Origin: Selaginella moellendorffii
Taxonomy: Eukaryota; Plantae; Lycopodiophyta
NCBI RefSeq assembly: GCF_000143415.4
Contig: NW_003314278.1
Span: 1,500,362 to 1,564,361 of the forward strand
Direction: 5' to 3'
Length of the DNA stretch: 64,000 nt
Part shown: one piece after another, positions 61,397 through 64,000 of the stretch
Position numbering within the stretch: position 1 is the first letter of the stretch
Layout of the letters: the number at the start of each line of letters is the position of its first letter
The notes under the pieces: generated by a model
Told to the model about the DNA's origin: nothing
Database searches by the model: none
The model's input: only the letters and a program-made list of their open reading frames with translations
Translations under genes and position numbers: made by a program

Positions 61397-61894
61397 TTGT
61401 GCTGCTCCCGCGCCGGAGGACGAAGGAGAGACACTCGACACTGGGGAGCGATCTAGCAACGAACTCGAGAGAAGAGCAGCATTTATCTGTGATCGGTTTC
61501 CATTGAAAGGAGTTTTTTTTTCGGATGGGTGGGCTGAGCACAAATCTGGTGCTGCACAGCACGTTTATTCCTAGAAAGCAACCTTTATATATTTTCTTAA
61601 ACAGAAGTGCTGATTATTTTCGGTATTGAAATAAGCGAAATAGTGGTCTACTCCAAGTATCTTTTCTTTCTTTGAACTTACCTTAATTGCATACGGGTAA
61701 AGCCTTCATTCCACTCTACAAACACAAGAACCTCTCACGGAGGAGCTGCGGAACCTTGGGAGTAAATCAACTCGCGAACACTGATCTATCAGTCTCATGC
61801 CTCACAGTGGGATAGATAGATAGCTCAAGCACTCATGAAACAGAACAACAAAAAGGCTTGCCTCGAATATAAATAACCAAAATAAAAGGAGAAA

Positions 61895-62198
61895 AGATGG
61901 CATCGCCTGGAACGAGATGATTCAGGCGTATGCCCGGTTTGGGCATCTTGGCCGGGAGATGATGGATCTTCGCCCGGGGCGCACCGACGACGCCTCGCGC
62001 ATCGACGACGCCTCGCGCATCGCGATGATCCAGGGCGCCGGGAAGCTGGGCAGGATCCGCGACGGAGACGATCTTCGCCAGCGTCACACTCGATCGCGTC
62101 GCTTACAACGCGCTCCTCACGCTATGCCCGTGCTGGGTTCGTCGACGCCACTAGGAAGATCTTCCACACTCTGGACGACGAGGAACGAGATTTTTTAA
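61895..62198 (+). pseudogene. Short GC-rich PPR fragment with an internal 18-bp tandem duplication
   Basis: DGIAWNEMIQAYARFGHL, AMIQG, DRVAYNALL, DATRKIFHTL in shifting frames; gacgacgcctcgcgcatc occurs twice. Confidence 0.6.
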
Positions 62199-62229
62199 GA
62201 GAATAATCTAGCTTTTTAATTCGTGTTCC

Positions 62230-63965
62230 TTTGCTCTCTCTTTCTTTTTATTTTATTGTAGAATTTGTTCTATTTTTTAAAAGAAAAAATAATTTGGGCG
62301 GTTTACAGCTTCAGTGCTCTAAGTTGTATACATATACCTCGCAAAAGCACATTTGTGTAAGCTTCGCAATAGGACGTGAGGAAAAAACATCCTCTCCAAC
62401 ACCACCATCACACTGAAACTTGCAAGCTCCAAGATGAGCTCCCCAAGCAACCGGACATCCTGGCAAAAAGCTTATAACCTGTCGGGCCTCTGTCAGCTGG
62501 CCAGTTCTCCCCAACATATCCACAACACAGCTATAGCGCTCCCTGGCATGGATCTATCCCATAGTCAATTGTTGCATGCTCAACAAACACTCAAGAGCTT
62601 GATCTATCCATCCCAAATGGCTGCAAGCGACCAACAAGGTCATGAAACTTAGCCCAGAGAGAAAAGGAAAAACGCTATCGCAAAGAGAAGGAGGCCTAAT
62701 TCTTTCTGACGCTGCCCATCGCTCACCCTTTCGATCGCTAGTTTGGCCTCACTCCTTCCACTGCCATTTCTTGGAAAACTTGATTTGACACCATCTCTGG
62801 TGGGAATGAGCTATGGTCAAACACGTCCACGAGATCATGTCTCTGGCCTTCATACGCTGGAACACCTCTATTACTTTGGATCGATCTACTCGTCATGGAC
62901 AGCATTGATCCAAGCTTTCGTGGACAATCTCAAGGAAGCATATTCCAGAGAGGAACTTGGTAGCTTGGAACTGTCTAATGGTAGTCCTGTTACGAAAAAA
63001 GCGCCAAGGGTGTGTTCGATCGAATGCCTGCTTGGGACTCAATAAGCTGCTCAACCGTGCTCGTTTGCAGCTCTCACTATTTGGATGGATCGGAGTCACT
63101 GTTTGAGAGAAGACGGGGAGAAGACACTGAGCTCCTGGAATGCAATCTTATCCATGCATTCTGGGCAGGGGGTCCCGTCCAGTGGAATCGACTCGAAGGC
63201 TTCCTTGGCTTTGAACACGTCAGATGCTTATCATCGCACTAAAGGTGACGAGAATTTTCATGAGTGAAAATGTAGAGAATCTCCAAAGTGACCGCTTTGA
63301 GCATATGCTGTACCCATCACATTCGATGTTACCACTAGTGGCTGGAACTTGGTCAAATAATCGTTTTGTTTCCTCAACACGATAAAAACCGTAAAAGAGA
63401 CAAGGTCCATCTTCGAAAACAGTGTTCTTGCTGTATTCTCCTTGGGCATAGACTTCAAGCATTGTGTTCCAAGTGATCACGCTCTTCGATGCTTCTGAAA
63501 AAGGCTCTTTCATCATCCATACTGATGGAATTACAAGAGATGAGATTCCATCTTGGCGAAAATATCTGATGCCTCTTTGTGAAGCTATAATGGTAAAACA
63601 CAATTATTTTTCCTTTGCCCAATTCGAGAACATAATTTGGTCCTTTATTAGAAATCTGGTATGAATTTAGATTACGACATTGTATAAATTGATGGACGAT
63701 TCATCCTTCACAACAAATTCCAATGGCATCTTTCTCGTCTCCAGTGGTGTCCTCTCTTCTTGTGTGCTGCCTGTTTGCACAAGCTACTGTGGGTTTGCTC
63801 ATCCAGTATGGGTCTACCACAGTGGCGAGTGGTAATTTCATCCCCTTGAGCAGCACTGACTCGCCTCCCACAATCGACATCCAAGGCTTTCGCGGGAATG
63901 GCACTGCTCGTCTCCTCTCGGTGGTGATGGCGGATCAAAGAGCACTAATAGCTCCTTCCAAGGTC
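62230..63965. repeat. Segmental duplicate of ~58600-60170
   Basis: Shared flanks beyond the PPR part, such as gaatttagattacgac, acaacaaattccaatggcatctttc, catccaaggctttcgcgggaatg and gatcaaagagcacta-tagctccttccaaggtct. Confidence 0.88.
62334..63590 (-). pseudogene. Second degraded paralog of the 10148-12055 PPR gene, with an internal inversion and an insertion
   Basis: Same blocks as 58704-59850. Segment ~62889-63165 is in the opposite orientation, and ~90 bp of unrelated sequence is inserted at ~62652-62741. Confidence 0.88.
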
Positions 63966-64000
63966 TATCCTTACATCAACTATTGGATTGCAAACATTCC

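Noticed and set aside
1-64000. tRNA, rRNA, snoRNA or conserved miRNA genes
   Set aside because: None recognised by eye. tRNAscan-SE/Infernal would be needed to exclude them.

Overview
Eukaryotic land-plant genomic DNA, most likely the lycophyte Selaginella. This is an inference from the very short introns (mostly ~50-120 nt), gene spacing of often under 150 bp, many PLS-type PPR genes and an intraflagellar-transport gene implying flagellated sperm. AT-rich, TE-derived tracts (1-5.5 kb, 12.5-22.3 kb, 54.6-55.9 kb) hold decayed Gypsy, Copia and PIF/Harbinger remnants, minisatellites and a ~1.25 kb foldback palindrome. They alternate with dense GC-richer gene blocks: ZIFL-type MFS transporter, U-box E3 ligase, PPR, nsLTP, FLZ zinc finger, POLD2, S40, PPR, SMP/C2 protein, MAPKK, EEF1AKMT1, frameshifted PPR, EMB8/ABHD3-like hydrolase, an intronless microbial-type alpha/beta hydrolase, IFT54, DPH3, PIP2 aquaporin, CruP-like oxidoreductase and a second nsLTP. 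The last 5.5 kb contains duplicated, rearranged PPR pseudogenes. The most striking item is the intronless hydrolase at 47100-47879. It has a non-canonical GHHIG elbow, is a candidate horizontal transfer, and starts only 82 bp downstream of IFT54, which itself is separated from DPH3 by just 59 bp head-to-head. All assignments come from recognising motifs by eye; no database searches were run.
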